Source: a virus
Taxonomy: Duplodnaviria; Caudoviricetes
Virus record (IMG/VR): IMGVR_UViG_3300032218_002424
Span: 45,064 to 109,063 of that record
Strand: one strand, 5' to 3'
DNA: 64,000 bases
The notes under the pieces are model-generated. The model did not search any database. It was not told the DNA's origin and worked only from the letters and a program-made list of their open reading frames with translations. Of this stretch, positions 1-11,085 are shown piece by piece. A program made the position numbers and the translations under genes. Numbering within the stretch: position 1 is the first letter of the stretch; each line of letters opens with the position of its first letter.

Positions 1-3000
1 AGGCACTGGATTAATCAAAGATCTGGCAAAACAACAAGCGGCATTACAAAATGCAATTGTTCAACCTATGGGCAGAAATGCTCAAGGACAAATGCAGTTC
101 AATGTACATGTTCCAGCTGGAATTGACGAGCTTGCAAATAAAACAAAAATTGCTAAGCAAGAAATGTCAATCCTTAATAAAGTTATGTCTGACGGGGCCA
201 ACCAGTTAATTAACTGGGGAAAGAATACACAGTGGGCAGGCCGCCAATTAACAGTAGGTTTAACAGTTCCAATGGCAGCATTTGGACAAGCTGCAGCACA
301 ATCATTTATGCAGATTGATACAGAACTAACAAGACTTACAAAAGTTTATGGCGGACTGTCTGCTACCTCACAAACAGAGTTAACAAAAGTAAGAAATGAA
401 ACTATCAAAACAGCAAAAGAACTTTCTTCTGCATACGGAGTTAACTTTAAAGAAACTATTGCTTTAGCAGCTGACATTGCTGCAACAGGTAAACAAGGCA
501 ATGAACTTATGTCTTCACTTAGGGAAACAACAAGATTGTCTGTTCTTGGTGAAGTAAGTAGACAAGATGCAATGAAAGCAACTCTCGCTATTCAAAATGC
601 ATTTAAACAAAATACAACAGAACTTGGTCAATCAATTGACTTCCTTAACGCTGTTGAAAACCAAACATCAACCACACTTCAAGATTTGGTTAATGCTATT
701 CCAAAAGCTGGTCCAGTTGTAAAGGGCTTGGGCGGAAATGTAAAAGACCTTGCATTAATGTTGGTAGCAATGAAAGAAGGAGGCGTTGATGCCGCTTCTG
801 CTGCAAACGGATTAAAGTCAGCACTTGGATCTTTAATTAATCCAACAAAAACAGCAAAGGGATTATTCCAATCTTTTGGTATTGATCTTGGATCTATTGT
901 AAATAATAATGCTGGCCATGTAACAGATACGATTATGGCATTGCAAGAGGCATTAAATAAATTAAATCCATTACAAAAACAACAAGCTTTAGAAGCTTTG
1001 TTTGGTAAGTACCAGTTTGCAAGAATGGGTGCACTGTTTGACAATCTAGGTAAAAAGGGAAGCCAAACGCTTCAGGTATTAGATTTGATGAAAGCAAGCA
1101 CACAAGATCTTGCTGGAGTAGCACAACGAGAATTAGCACAGCAAACAGAGTCAGCATCTGGAAAGTATAAAAGAGCACTCGAATCATTAAGAGCAGATTT
1201 AGCAACAGTAGGATCTGGATTTTTGGGAGTGTCAACAAATCTTCTTAAAATTGCTGATGGAATCCTTAAGGCTTTTAATGCACTTCCATCTCCAGTCAAA
1301 AAGTTTGTAACTTTATTGGGTGGGTTAACAGCTGTAGCAGGACCAATTATTATGCTTACTGGTGTATTCTCAAACTTCTTGGGATACGTACTTAAAGGTT
1401 TTGCTGGTATTAGAGCATTCTTTAGTCATGCAGATAAGTTTAAATTATTAACTCCAGATATTAGAGCAGCAAATGAAGCTGGTCTTTTAATTGAAAAAAC
1501 ATTTTATTCAGATGCAGAAGCAGCAATTGTATTAAAAAATGCATTATCAGCACTTAAACTAGAAATGCAACAAATTGCTGCATTGGCAAACGAACATACT
1601 ATTACAGCTAAGCCACTTGTTGGTGGAATTAGTGGCACACAAATTGGCGGACTCGATTTTGCACATTATAATCCACAAGCTAGATTAACAGAAGAGCAAA
1701 GACTACAACAAACTTTTCATACAGCAATTCCATTAGATCCATCTACTAATAAAAAGATTGGTGAAAATCCACAGGTAATGATGATGCCAGGTCAGGGCAT
1801 TGCAAAAGTTCAGGGATTGACAATGATTAATGGAGCAACCACTGGAATTAATGCGGCAGAGTCTGCAAAGTGGAATGCTATGATGACAACAATGGCAATG
1901 CGTACTAAGTCTGAAATGCAAGCCGTAGAAAAAGTTTTGATAGAAACAGGACAATTGCCAGCAGAATTTATGGCAGACTTTAATGTTATTCTTCCAAAGA
2001 TGCAGGCAATTGCAACAACTGCAGCAGAATCTTCTGCTAGAGTTGCTCGTTCTGCAGAACAAGGAATTCTTTCTGTTAAGGCAGCTCAATCCGAAATTGA
2101 AGCAATTAATGCTGCAATGATTGCAGATATGAATGCCCTTAGTATTGCATCTGGAGTTCCGCAAGCTAGAATGACAATGGTTCCAGGAACCAATACAGCT
2201 ATTGCTTCAGGTACTGCAGTTGCTGGAAATCAAGATTACAATATGAGATCTGTTTTAAGAAGTGGCGAAGGAAGAATGGGTGGTATTACTTCTAGAATAT
2301 CAAACGCACTTAAAATTGGAATTAGAAGAATTAAACTGCAAAATGGTGGAACAGCAATTGGACATTATTCAAAGGGATTTACTCCAAAATCTGCTATGGC
2401 AGCCGCAAGAATGCTCAAAGCTTTTGCAAAAAGATCTTCTGGTATTGGTGGATTAAGAACTCCTAATTTAAGAGGAACTGGAAGTGGTCCTTCTACAATT
2501 AGTGCATCTGAAGCGGGAACTGGAATATCATTTGGATTATTAACAAAGAGAAACTCTAAGGTATATCAAGATCCAACAATTCAAGAATATGGAATTACTC
2601 CAACATCTGGAAATGATTTCTTAGTACATGCATTAACTCCAGGGTATAGAGCAAGAACTGCATCCCTTCCAACAATGGGAACTCAATCAACCCCATCTGT
2701 TCCAGCAGATAGATTTGCTGAATTTGGAATAACAACTTCATCAAAATCTCCATACTTACAAACACTTCCAACACAATTTGTTAAAAATACTAAACAGTTT
2801 AATGAAGCATTAAGAGCTGGTGCAGATGCATCTCAGTTTAGACAAGTAACTGGACCTGATATGGTCAGCCTTTTGCTTTTCTTAAAAGATCAAGGTGTTA
2901 GTGCTGGTAAAGCAAAAGTAATTGCTGAAAGAGCAGCAAATGTTTTAAATGAGTTAGTTGCTTCATCTAATGTTCCTATTACAGAAGAATTATTTGGCAA

Positions 3001-5980
3001 TATGGTTAATCGTGCTTCTGTAAGAGCAATTAGAAGCGGATTCCTTCCATCAATGACTAGAGTTGTAGATTCAATGGGCTACGATATGCACACTAGAAAC
3101 AGAGGACTTGCACCAGTACCTTATGCCAATGGAGTAACAAAACTTCCAGGTTATGGCGGTGGAGATATTATTCCAGCTATGTTGGAGCCAGGAGAGTCTG
3201 TTGTAACAAAGCAAGCAACTGCAAGATATGCACCAATCATTGATATGATGAATAAAGGTCAACTTCCAGGTTTTGCACAAGGAGTTACAGGTATTGGAAA
3301 ATTAGGTAACTTTGCTAAAAATATAATTACAGGTCCAGGAATTGTAGCAAGTCTTGTTGGAGGTATTGCTGGACAAAATATTGGTAATCAATTAGGTGGA
3401 ACATTTGGCGGACTTGCTGGTGGAATTATAGGTCCAGCATTGTTAAGTCCAGTAATGAAATTGGGTGGAGCATTATTTAATGTTGCTAAAGCTGGCGGCG
3501 GAGTAAGAACAGTTTTGATGGGATTGAGAACAGCATTAATGGCAAATCCGTGGGGACTTGCAATTACTGGAACATTAGCGGTTGCCGCAGGAATGTGGAA
3601 ACTTTGGGACAATGCTAGAAAAGCAAGACAAGCTTCTGTAGATGCATTTAAATTAACTGGCAAAGAAGCTGCTGAAGCAAAAATTAAAGTTGTAAGTTTT
3701 TCAGACAATATTAAATCTGCTATGGAGAATGCTAAAAAACAAGCAGAATTAAACAAGGCATTAATTGAATCAACAAAAATTGCAGGTGGCACTGGCGGAT
3801 TAAATATGACAGTTAAAGAACTTAAAGAAATGCAAAAGTCTGCTAAAGAAACAATGCCAGATATTGTTAAGATGTTTGATCAAATGGATCGTTCAGATGT
3901 TGTTGCAAATGCAGCAGCACTAAAAGCACAATTTGTAGCAGGTGGAAAATCAGCAGAAGAAGCATCAAAGATGATTTTTTCAATTATCTCTGTTTCTAAT
4001 AAAGCTGGTATGGCAGTTAAAGCAATTTCTTCACAAGCGTTTGTTGATATTAAAGATAAGGCAACCGCAGCAACATCTTCTATAATTGCATTCAATAATG
4101 CAATGAAGGTTGGAGCAGATAAAAAAGAATTAGCAGCAGCTTTTGATTCAGCAATGAGTTCCGTAGATGCATACTATCAAAGTCTTGTTGGAAGCAAAGA
4201 TGAAACTGGACATATCATTACACAGACAGAAGCCCTTGCCATGTCTATGGATAAATTAAATAAGAATGCAAAAACAAATAAGGCAATTGGTGCAGACCAA
4301 CTCGCAATCTTATTAAAAGAACGTCCAGAAATGTTGGGAATTCTTAGTGCAACAGATAGCACTGCAGATGCATATGCAAAGATTAAACTTTATACATCAG
4401 GAATTGCAGCAGACTTAACAAACATTAGCGGCAAACAAGCACAATCAATGTTGTCAGCACAAACAGCATTACAGCAAAGTGCAACAAATATTACTACAGA
4501 TGCATCTCTTGGTGCACCAACTTCTGGTTTAGCAGCACTTGGAACAAAGGCAGCAACCGATTCAAAGAATGCAGCTGCCGCTGCATCTGCTGCAGCTAAA
4601 GCAGCACAAAGAGATATTACTGCTGAAACAAATGCAATTGATAAAAAAATTCAAGCAATTAAAGCAGAAGCAGATGCAAGAAAGAAAGCATTGTCAGAAC
4701 AACAAGCATCTGCAGATATATCTCTTCAAATTCAACAGCAACAACTTAAATATCAACAAGCAATTGCTACTGGTAATATGGCAGATGCTGCTTCAGCACA
4801 ATTAGAAATTCAAAAGTTAAGTGGACAACGTCAGACACAACTTGCTCAAAATGCGATTGATAATAAAGCACAATCTCAAACTGAGGCCCTACAATCTCAA
4901 AAAGATGGTTTGGCAGCATCAATAGCAGCAGCTCAAAAGAAAGCAACAGATCTTCAAGGAAAAGCAACTGGTGCTGCAGACTATAGTTCAAAAATTCAAG
5001 CAATCCAACAAGCTATTGCGGGATTAATTTCTGAAACATCTCTTACTAGTGATCCAGCAACAATTAAAGCAAATGGAATAAAGTTAAGTCAGCAACTAGA
5101 TGCCTTAAGAAAACTTGGATCTGAAGGTGTAAAGGCGGCAAATGCAATTGCTCCAACTTCTGGAAAAGTTTATAATGGTTCTACTCTTGAAAATAAGCCA
5201 ACCGACTACGCACAAGTTCTTCAGCAGCTTGCATCTAAAAATGAACAAAATGCAAAAGATCAAAAATTATTTAGTGGATCGGTTTCAGATTTTGCAGCAG
5301 CAGTAGCACTCTTTAAGGGAGTTAACACAACTGGAAGTAATACAACCTTTACAAGTGGAAAAGCAGCTGCAGCAGCATTTAATAAAAAAACTGGCGGGTC
5401 TTGGGGTGCTAGTCAATTTGATAATTTTGAAACAAAAGCAAATACAAATTCTGATAGCGTATCTTCACAATTTGGTAAAGGAATGGGATATTCAGAAGGA
5501 ACAGAATTTTCTGTAGATCATAACTTTAAGAGATACACATATAAGATGCAAAAGAATAAAGATGGAAATCTTTATGCAGCATTTGAATCTGTTACACAGC
5601 TTCCAAAGAAAGCACAAGGTGGACTTATGTTTGGTCCAGGAACTGGAACATCTGATTCAATTCCAGCAATGCTTTCTAGAGGAGAGTATGTTGTTAAAGC
5701 ATCTGCTGTTCAAAAATATGGCGTTGGCACATTAGATAGCATTAACTCTCTTAAGATGGCAGCAGGCGGAATGGTAATGTCATATGGAGACACTTCAAGA
5801 TATATGGGCGGCGGAAGAATTGCTATGGCACAGGGTGGACAAGCTACCACTGGAAATGTTATAATTTCTAATAACATTACTGTTAATGGAACAAACCTAT
5901 CTGGTGATGAAATTGCAAGAGCAATTACTGTTGAACAAAATCGTCAAATGGCTATGAGCGGAAGAAGAAGGACTTATTAA
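1..5980 (+). CDS. Tape measure protein (5'-truncated; frame is open from the window start)
   Basis: More than 1970 aa, Ala/Lys/Gln-rich and helical. Has a TP901-type TMP core (AMKATLAIQNAF...LEALFGK), Gly-rich hydrophobic segments and two 'D.IPAML..GE.VV' motifs typical of TMPs. No stop codon in frame upstream of 68. Confidence 0.93.
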   Translation, partial: GTGLIKDLAKQQAALQNAIVQPMGRNAQGQMQFNVHVPAGIDELANKTKIAKQEMSILNKVMSDGANQLINWGKNTQWAGRQLTVGLTVPMAAFGQAAAQSFMQIDTELTRLTKVYGGLSATSQTELTKVRNETIKTAKELSSAYGVNFKETIALAADIAATGKQGNELMSSLRETTRLSVLGEVSRQDAMKATLAIQNAFKQNTTELGQSIDFLNAVENQTSTTLQDLVNAIPKAGPVVKGLGGNVKDLALMLVAMKEGGVDAASAANGLKSALGSLINPTKTAKGLFQSFGIDLGSIVNNNAGHVTDTIMALQEALNKLNPLQKQQALEALFGKYQFARMGALFDNLGKKGSQTLQVLDLMKASTQDLAGVAQRELAQQTESASGKYKRALESLRADLATVGSGFLGVSTNLLKIADGILKAFNALPSPVKKFVTLLGGLTAVAGPIIMLTGVFSNFLGYVLKGFAGIRAFFSHADKFKLLTPDIRAANEAGLLIEKTFYSDAEAAIVLKNALSALKLEMQQIAALANEHTITAKPLVGGISGTQIGGLDFAHYNPQARLTEEQRLQQTFHTAIPLDPSTNKKIGENPQVMMMPGQGIAKVQGLTMINGATTGINAAESAKWNAMMTTMAMRTKSEMQAVEKVLIETGQLPAEFMADFNVILPKMQAIATTAAESSARVARSAEQGILSVKAAQSEIEAINAAMIADMNALSIASGVPQARMTMVPGTNTAIASGTAVAGNQDYNMRSVLRSGEGRMGGITSRISNALKIGIRRIKLQNGGTAIGHYSKGFTPKSAMAAARMLKAFAKRSSGIGGLRTPNLRGTGSGPSTISASEAGTGISFGLLTKRNSKVYQDPTIQEYGITPTSGNDFLVHALTPGYRARTASLPTMGTQSTPSVPADRFAEFGITTSSKSPYLQTLPTQFVKNTKQFNEALRAGADASQFRQVTGPDMVSLLLFLKDQGVSAGKAKVIAERAANVLNELVASSNVPITEELFGNMVNRASVRAIRSGFLPSMTRVVDSMGYDMHTRNRGLAPVPYANGVTKLPGYGGGDIIPAMLEPGESVVTKQATARYAPIIDMMNKGQLPGFAQGVTGIGKLGNFAKNIITGPGIVASLVGGIAGQNIGNQLGGTFGGLAGGIIGPALLSPVMKLGGALFNVAKAGGGVRTVLMGLRTALMANPWGLAITGTLAVAAGMWKLWDNARKARQASVDAFKLTGKEAAEAKIKVVSFSDNIKSAMENAKKQAELNKALIESTKIAGGTGGLNMTVKELKEMQKSAKETMPDIVKMFDQMDRSDVVANAAALKAQFVAGGKSAEEASKMIFSIISVSNKAGMAVKAISSQAFVDIKDKATAATSSIIAFNNAMKVGADKKELAAAFDSAMSSVDAYYQSLVGSKDETGHIITQTEALAMSMDKLNKNAKTNKAIGADQLAILLKERPEMLGILSATDSTADAYAKIKLYTSGIAADLTNISGKQAQSMLSAQTALQQSATNITTDASLGAPTSGLAALGTKAATDSKNAAAAASAAAKAAQRDITAETNAIDKKIQAIKAEADARKKALSEQQASADISLQIQQQQLKYQQAIATGNMADAASAQLEIQKLSGQRQTQLAQNAIDNKAQSQTEALQSQKDGLAASIAAAQKKATDLQGKATGAADYSSKIQAIQQAIAGLISETSLTSDPATIKANGIKLSQQLDALRKLGSEGVKAANAIAPTSGKVYNGSTLENKPTDYAQVLQQLASKNEQNAKDQKLFSGSVSDFAAAVALFKGVNTTGSNTTFTSGKAAAAAFNKKTGGSWGASQFDNFETKANTNSDSVSSQFGKGMGYSEGTEFSVDHNFKRYTYKMQKNKDGNLYAAFESVTQLPKKAQGGLMFGPGTGTSDSIPAMLSRGEYVVKASAVQKYGVGTLDSINSLKMAAGGMVMSYGDTSRYMGGGRIAMAQGGQATTGNVIISNNITVNGTNLSGDEIARAITVEQNRQMAMSGRRRTY

Positions 5981-6438
5981 TGAGCACAGTATATTTACCA
6001 GTAGGCTCAGCACTCTTTGTTGATACTTCAACAAATGATACTCCAGTATGGCAAAAATTAACAGAGCACAATAGATCTCAGATAACTTTAGACAATAACA
6101 GAATTGAAAAAATTCAAAGAATGTCCAATGGGACACTTAGAAAATTATTTGTGGCGGATAAAAAGACATTTAGTACATCTTGGACAATGCTTCCATCATA
6201 TTCAACAATGACAGTTGATGGCGGATGGGGAGCAGAAGATTTAAGATCATTTTATTATGGAACAAAAGGACAACAAACTTTTAAATTAAGAATTTCATAT
6301 AATGGTACAAGAACAGAAGATTTTGTTGTTTCCTTTCAAACATGCAATTTTACAGTAGTCAAAAGAAATGTGAAGGCAAAATCATCAGATACACCCCAAG
6401 AATTTTGGGATGTTAGTCTTGCAATGGAACAGGTATAA
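5980..6438 (+). CDS. Distal/minor tail protein
   Basis: TAATG-coupled directly after the TMP; size and beta-rich pattern fit a Dit-like protein. Confidence 0.6.
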   Translation: MSTVYLPVGSALFVDTSTNDTPVWQKLTEHNRSQITLDNNRIEKIQRMSNGTLRKLFVADKKTFSTSWTMLPSYSTMTVDGGWGAEDLRSFYYGTKGQQTFKLRISYNGTRTEDFVVSFQTCNFTVVKRNVKAKSSDTPQEFWDVSLAMEQV

Positions 6439-8426
6439 TGATCTCTGTAGGAACAGATGCGGACGACCTTGCCGTAAAAAATCTATTATCTCAAAGCACA
6501 AGCATGTCTATGGATATTGGTGCAACAATTGATATTAATGTAAATTCAATGGTAGACTTTACAAGTTCTTCTATTACTGGAAATGATTATACTACGATTG
6601 CAAATCGTCAGCCATTTAAAAAGCTTTTTCCATTGGATACAATTGTAAAGCCATTAAGACCAGTTTCGGCGGGAATTAAATATGGGGTATCAGGAGATGT
6701 TGCACAATATACATATGCAGATCCCACTACAGTTACATATACTCCAGATGCACAAAAAACAAATACAATTAAATATAGAACCTATTATCCAGGTTCAGAC
6801 ACATATTACAAATATTGGCTAAGCCCAAAAGATCAGAACGCATCCCTTGCGATTACATATCCAAAAACAGTTTATGCAAATAAAATAATTATAACATTTG
6901 AAATTAGTCATTCGATGCCATCTGCCTGGTCTATTACAGTTGGTTCCTCAACAATATCTGGAACATCAGCAGATATTAAAAACTTCAATTCAACAAAGTT
7001 TGATGCTGGGCAGTTGGCACTTTATTACAATGGAACAACATGGAGCAAAAATGCTTCAGATATTAATTTAAATTCTTATGCAAGCTTTACAACAATGTCA
7101 ATGACCGCCACAAATCCAGGCGGATATATTGGAGTAATTGAATTTGCACCACACTGGGTAAGAGATTTGACACCATATGTAGTTGATTTTAATTTAAGAA
7201 AAGAATCTTCAGCAAGTACTGAAGCACTAATTCCAGTAGGAAACATTACCGCAAACTCTTTATCAATGATGTTAAATAACTATAATGGCAATCAATCTTC
7301 TGGATCAATTTACTTTGAAACATATTTGAAGTCAACAACAATTGATATTACAAAGATGTATTTATACAAGCAAGCTCAAATAAATCTTTATATAAAATTA
7401 TACAATTCAGGCGGAGGGTATTCAGATTCAAAGGGATCTTATTATAAGATTAATCAAGGAACATTTTATTTAGATTCATGGGATATCGCAGAGTATGGTG
7501 ATGTTACTTTAAACGGACTTGATGGAGCAAAAATTCTTCAAGAAACATTAGCACCAGATATTTTTTGCGATGGCTATTCGTCCGTAGCAATTATTAGAAG
7601 ATTGCTTGATGCAGTAGGATTTACAAATTATAGCTTTAACTACAATACAAATGATCAATCAATTATTTCTCCAAATTACTGGTGGACAGATGCCACAATG
7701 ACAGTTTGGGATAACTTACAAAATCTTTGCAGAGATTCTCAGATGAGTGCTGTTATGGATGAAAACAATGTATTGCAGTTTTATACAAGAGACTTTATCT
7801 ATGATGCTACTAAGTCTGTAAACTATCAGTTTAGAAATTCTTTTAGTGGATCTGATTTATCAAATATAATTTCATTGGTTAAAAAAGATTTGCCATCTGT
7901 TAATCAGGTAAAAATTATTTACTACAGTGCCGTAAGCTCTGCATACGACCAAAGTAGTGCACCTCTTTGGTCATCTGGACAATCATTTCTTGCCGCAGCA
8001 GCATTGGTTGAAAATATTTTAACTAGTGATGTTCCTTCAATAGGAGTAAAAAAATATCTTCATCTTAATCCAATTGTTATTAATGATTTAAATGCAGAGC
8101 AAATTGTTTATAGTTACAACGGATTTTTTATGGTGGGATCTGAGATTATAGAGTATGATGCTATAGAATATCAATATACAGATATTAATACGTTAGATTC
8201 TAAAACAATTGATGTTACTGGAGAATCTGATCTTCTTAAATATCGTGGGCAAGCAAAAATTAATGCAACCCCAGGAAATAATTTATATCAAACAACATTT
8301 ACGCCAACTGGAAGATATAGAATTAAAACCAGAGGAGCGTTTGGCACAAAGATCGAAAATCATTATGTTAATGCAAAAAATGATTCAGATGGTTGGTCTG
8401 GATATAAAGGCGTGGTGTGGAAGTAA
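6438..8426 (+). CDS. Minor tail / baseplate hub protein
   Basis: Position after Dit; hub-like segment (TVWDNLQNLCRDSQMSAVMDENNVLQF). Confidence 0.65.
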   Translation: MISVGTDADDLAVKNLLSQSTSMSMDIGATIDINVNSMVDFTSSSITGNDYTTIANRQPFKKLFPLDTIVKPLRPVSAGIKYGVSGDVAQYTYADPTTVTYTPDAQKTNTIKYRTYYPGSDTYYKYWLSPKDQNASLAITYPKTVYANKIIITFEISHSMPSAWSITVGSSTISGTSADIKNFNSTKFDAGQLALYYNGTTWSKNASDINLNSYASFTTMSMTATNPGGYIGVIEFAPHWVRDLTPYVVDFNLRKESSASTEALIPVGNITANSLSMMLNNYNGNQSSGSIYFETYLKSTTIDITKMYLYKQAQINLYIKLYNSGGGYSDSKGSYYKINQGTFYLDSWDIAEYGDVTLNGLDGAKILQETLAPDIFCDGYSSVAIIRRLLDAVGFTNYSFNYNTNDQSIISPNYWWTDATMTVWDNLQNLCRDSQMSAVMDENNVLQFYTRDFIYDATKSVNYQFRNSFSGSDLSNIISLVKKDLPSVNQVKIIYYSAVSSAYDQSSAPLWSSGQSFLAAAALVENILTSDVPSIGVKKYLHLNPIVINDLNAEQIVYSYNGFFMVGSEIIEYDAIEYQYTDINTLDSKTIDVTGESDLLKYRGQAKINATPGNNLYQTTFTPTGRYRIKTRGAFGTKIENHYVNAKNDSDGWSGYKGVVWK

Positions 8427-9799
8427 TGGCAACAGATCGTATTGTAGATTACAATGCAACAGTATCATCTGTTGCAGCTCAAGTAGATACAACTACTCAA
8501 GCATATGATGGAACTGAACAAGTTTCATATACAATGAATAAAGAATTTAATGTTTCTAAATCTCTTCTTACAATTAGTACCGATAACGATTCTTCAACAA
8601 ATTCTATTATTATAAGAGATAGCAAAATATCAACCGCCTCCCAATACTATGCTTTTGGCACAACTATGTTTTTTAAAGCATCCGTTAATGATGAAAGACA
8701 ATGCGGTGGCATGGGATTTTTTGTTGATGGAAATGGTGCCACAGGATATTTTGTTTCAATTACTAGTACATCAACTGCCGCAGCTCAAGGTGGAAATGAA
8801 TTTAAATTTTATAAGGTAAAAAATGGCAATAAGTATTTATTGGATGATTCTCAATCAGTAAGTGATGCGGCTAGACTTACTGGAATTTATAGTGGAACCT
8901 CTTACAAGATAGATATATTTGTAAATGTTGGGTCAACCAAAACCGATCTTATTGCCTATGTTAATGGATTTAAAATTACAGCTTCAGATTCATCTAAAAC
9001 AGTTGGGTCTAATACAATTGCAGTTTTACCTAAATCTAGCAAGATTGGACTTTATGCCAATCTGGGTACAGCAGCATTTGACTATGTTTATGCCATGCAA
9101 ATAGATTCAACACAATTTAACTCTGCAAATACATATAATATTTATAAGCAAAGCTTTTCTAAAACAGCAATTGATGTAGCATACGGAGATTTATTTGTAA
9201 GTGGAACTCAAGAAGTTGATTCATCAACATCAACAAAATTTGTTCAAGAGTTTGGGCCAGTTGCTAGAGAAATTAGAAATATCAAAACTAGATACGACTC
9301 TACTCCAGCTTTTCCAAAATATATTACAACTGGAATTAATCAGGCGGTTTCAGTTATTGGATCTAAACTTTCTTCGTTTACAGCAGACATATATCTTTTA
9401 AATAATTCTGGAACCTATGTTCCAATTGATGATGGAGCACTCACATCGTTTGCAATTATTGGAAATACAATTACAACAAGCAGCCCACTTACTTATATGG
9501 ATGATACACTAGACCCATATTCTCCACAAGAACCAGTTGCATTTAATTCACAATGGATTCAAAAATATATTGATGCTAAAAATCTTTCTGATTGGATTAA
9601 AAATCAATGGAAAAATCAACAAAGAACTATTGAATTAGTTACATTTGCAAATCCATTAATTTCAGTTTCAGATATTATTACAGTTGATTATCCGTTCAAT
9701 GGATTGTCTTCAAGTAATAAATTTGTAGTTACAAATGTTACTCAAGCATGGAAGGACGGGTTAGAGACTACCATTACAGCTAGATCCATTTATAGTTGA
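8426..9799 (+). CDS. Minor tail protein (lectin-like beta-sandwich plus hub C-terminus)
   Basis: TAATG overlap places the ATG at 8426. C-terminal 'NPLISVSDIITV...VVTNVTQ...LETTIT' resembles tail-hub beta-barrel ends. Confidence 0.6.
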   Translation: MATDRIVDYNATVSSVAAQVDTTTQAYDGTEQVSYTMNKEFNVSKSLLTISTDNDSSTNSIIIRDSKISTASQYYAFGTTMFFKASVNDERQCGGMGFFVDGNGATGYFVSITSTSTAAAQGGNEFKFYKVKNGNKYLLDDSQSVSDAARLTGIYSGTSYKIDIFVNVGSTKTDLIAYVNGFKITASDSSKTVGSNTIAVLPKSSKIGLYANLGTAAFDYVYAMQIDSTQFNSANTYNIYKQSFSKTAIDVAYGDLFVSGTQEVDSSTSTKFVQEFGPVAREIRNIKTRYDSTPAFPKYITTGINQAVSVIGSKLSSFTADIYLLNNSGTYVPIDDGALTSFAIIGNTITTSSPLTYMDDTLDPYSPQEPVAFNSQWIQKYIDAKNLSDWIKNQWKNQQRTIELVTFANPLISVSDIITVDYPFNGLSSSNKFVVTNVTQAWKDGLETTITARSIYS

Positions 9800-9820
9800 C
9801 CAAATGGTATAATTAAAATT

Positions 9821-10213
9821 ATGACTAATGCTAACATTTCCAGCAACCAAGTAGCAAAAAATGCTCCGATATTTTTAACGGCAGATTCACCAGAGCTATA
9901 TTACCTAGACCCATCCTTTGTAAGAATTATTTCTGCAAATGCTACCACTAGCTATGTTAATGCATATTTGTCTGGCGGAAATTTTGGAGGAGGAAGTGGG
10001 CCAGTTGTTCCACCATCAAATCCAGTTGATCCAGTTAATCCAAAAACTCCAGCAAAAGGAAAAAAGCTTCCACCAGATCTTTCTGATATTTCAATTTATA
10101 AACAAGAGATTGATTACACGGTTAATCCCCCAAAAGTTAATATTACATTTAGAGTAAAAAATTCAACTGGACTATCAGTTGTCGGACTGAATATGTTGGT
10201 GCCTAAGCAATGA
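9821..10213 (+). CDS. Virion structural protein, hypothetical (leaderless)
   Basis: In the tail module; TGGTATAAT ends 7 nt before the ATG. Confidence 0.5.
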   Translation: MTNANISSNQVAKNAPIFLTADSPELYYLDPSFVRIISANATTSYVNAYLSGGNFGGGSGPVVPPSNPVDPVNPKTPAKGKKLPPDLSDISIYKQEIDYTVNPPKVNITFRVKNSTGLSVVGLNMLVPKQ

Positions 10214-11085
10214 TTACTAAATTTGGAAAAAGATTTATTACTTCTTATCTAGCAGGAAATGCCCCGTTCCCAGGGCAAGAGCTTGCAATTGGTATTGATT
10301 CAACAGCAGTTAATTCAAGCGGTAACGATACACGACTTGGATTTGAATTTTATAGATATCCAGTAACCCTAGGCTCAATTGATATTCAAACAGATCAATC
10401 TGGCAACAGCACATATGCAGTTGTTTATAAAACAACTATTCCACAAGACGTGGCGGGGATTGTAAAGGAAATAGGTCTTTACCCAGGAGTAAGATCTAGC
10501 GTTAATGCATTTGATAGCAAGTTTATTTCAGATTTTGAAAACAATTTATTGTGGGTAGACTCTACTGGAATTAATCCAGATTTAGTTACAACTCCAACAC
10601 CAAGAATTGGATCAACAATGTTTAAGATTGTTTCCGCATCAGGAGCTGTAAAAGAATTTACCTCATCAATTATTCCTCTTAATATTTCTGGTTATAGTCA
10701 AAATGACACACTTGCTTTGTCTTATAACCAAGCAGATACCAATCTTTCTTCTATCAAGATAAAGTTTTATAGTTCTGATTCAGATTATGTTTATTTAAAC
10801 TATACTAACTTTTCCGCAACTGGAGAAGCAATTAAAAGCCTTCCGCTATCTGGATTAGTTACAGTAGGAAATCCAGATACAACATCAATCTTTAAAGTTG
10901 GTGTAGAGGTGACTGCCAAAAATACTGGTGCAACAACAGTTTATTTGGACGGATTAAGAATTAATGACGAAGATACTTTCGATCCTAGATTTGGAATGAT
11001 TGCTAGATCAGTTCTTTCAACACCACTTACAAAGTTGGCTGGAAGACCAGTTGATATAGAATACAGATTGGCACTGAACTTTTAA
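10210..11085 (+). CDS. Tail/baseplate protein
   Basis: 'MITKFG...LAIG...EIGLY' tail-collar-like pattern; tail module context. Confidence 0.55.
   Translation: MITKFGKRFITSYLAGNAPFPGQELAIGIDSTAVNSSGNDTRLGFEFYRYPVTLGSIDIQTDQSGNSTYAVVYKTTIPQDVAGIVKEIGLYPGVRSSVNAFDSKFISDFENNLLWVDSTGINPDLVTTPTPRIGSTMFKIVSASGAVKEFTSSIIPLNISGYSQNDTLALSYNQADTNLSSIKIKFYSSDSDYVYLNYTNFSATGEAIKSLPLSGLVTVGNPDTTSIFKVGVEVTAKNTGATTVYLDGLRINDEDTFDPRFGMIARSVLSTPLTKLAGRPVDIEYRLALNF

Noticed and set aside
679-5003. Antisense and alternate-frame ORFs inside the TMP (and likewise inside 37564-40419 and 45202-46215)
   Set aside because: Shadow ORFs from biased codon use, with no RBS or recognisable motifs.
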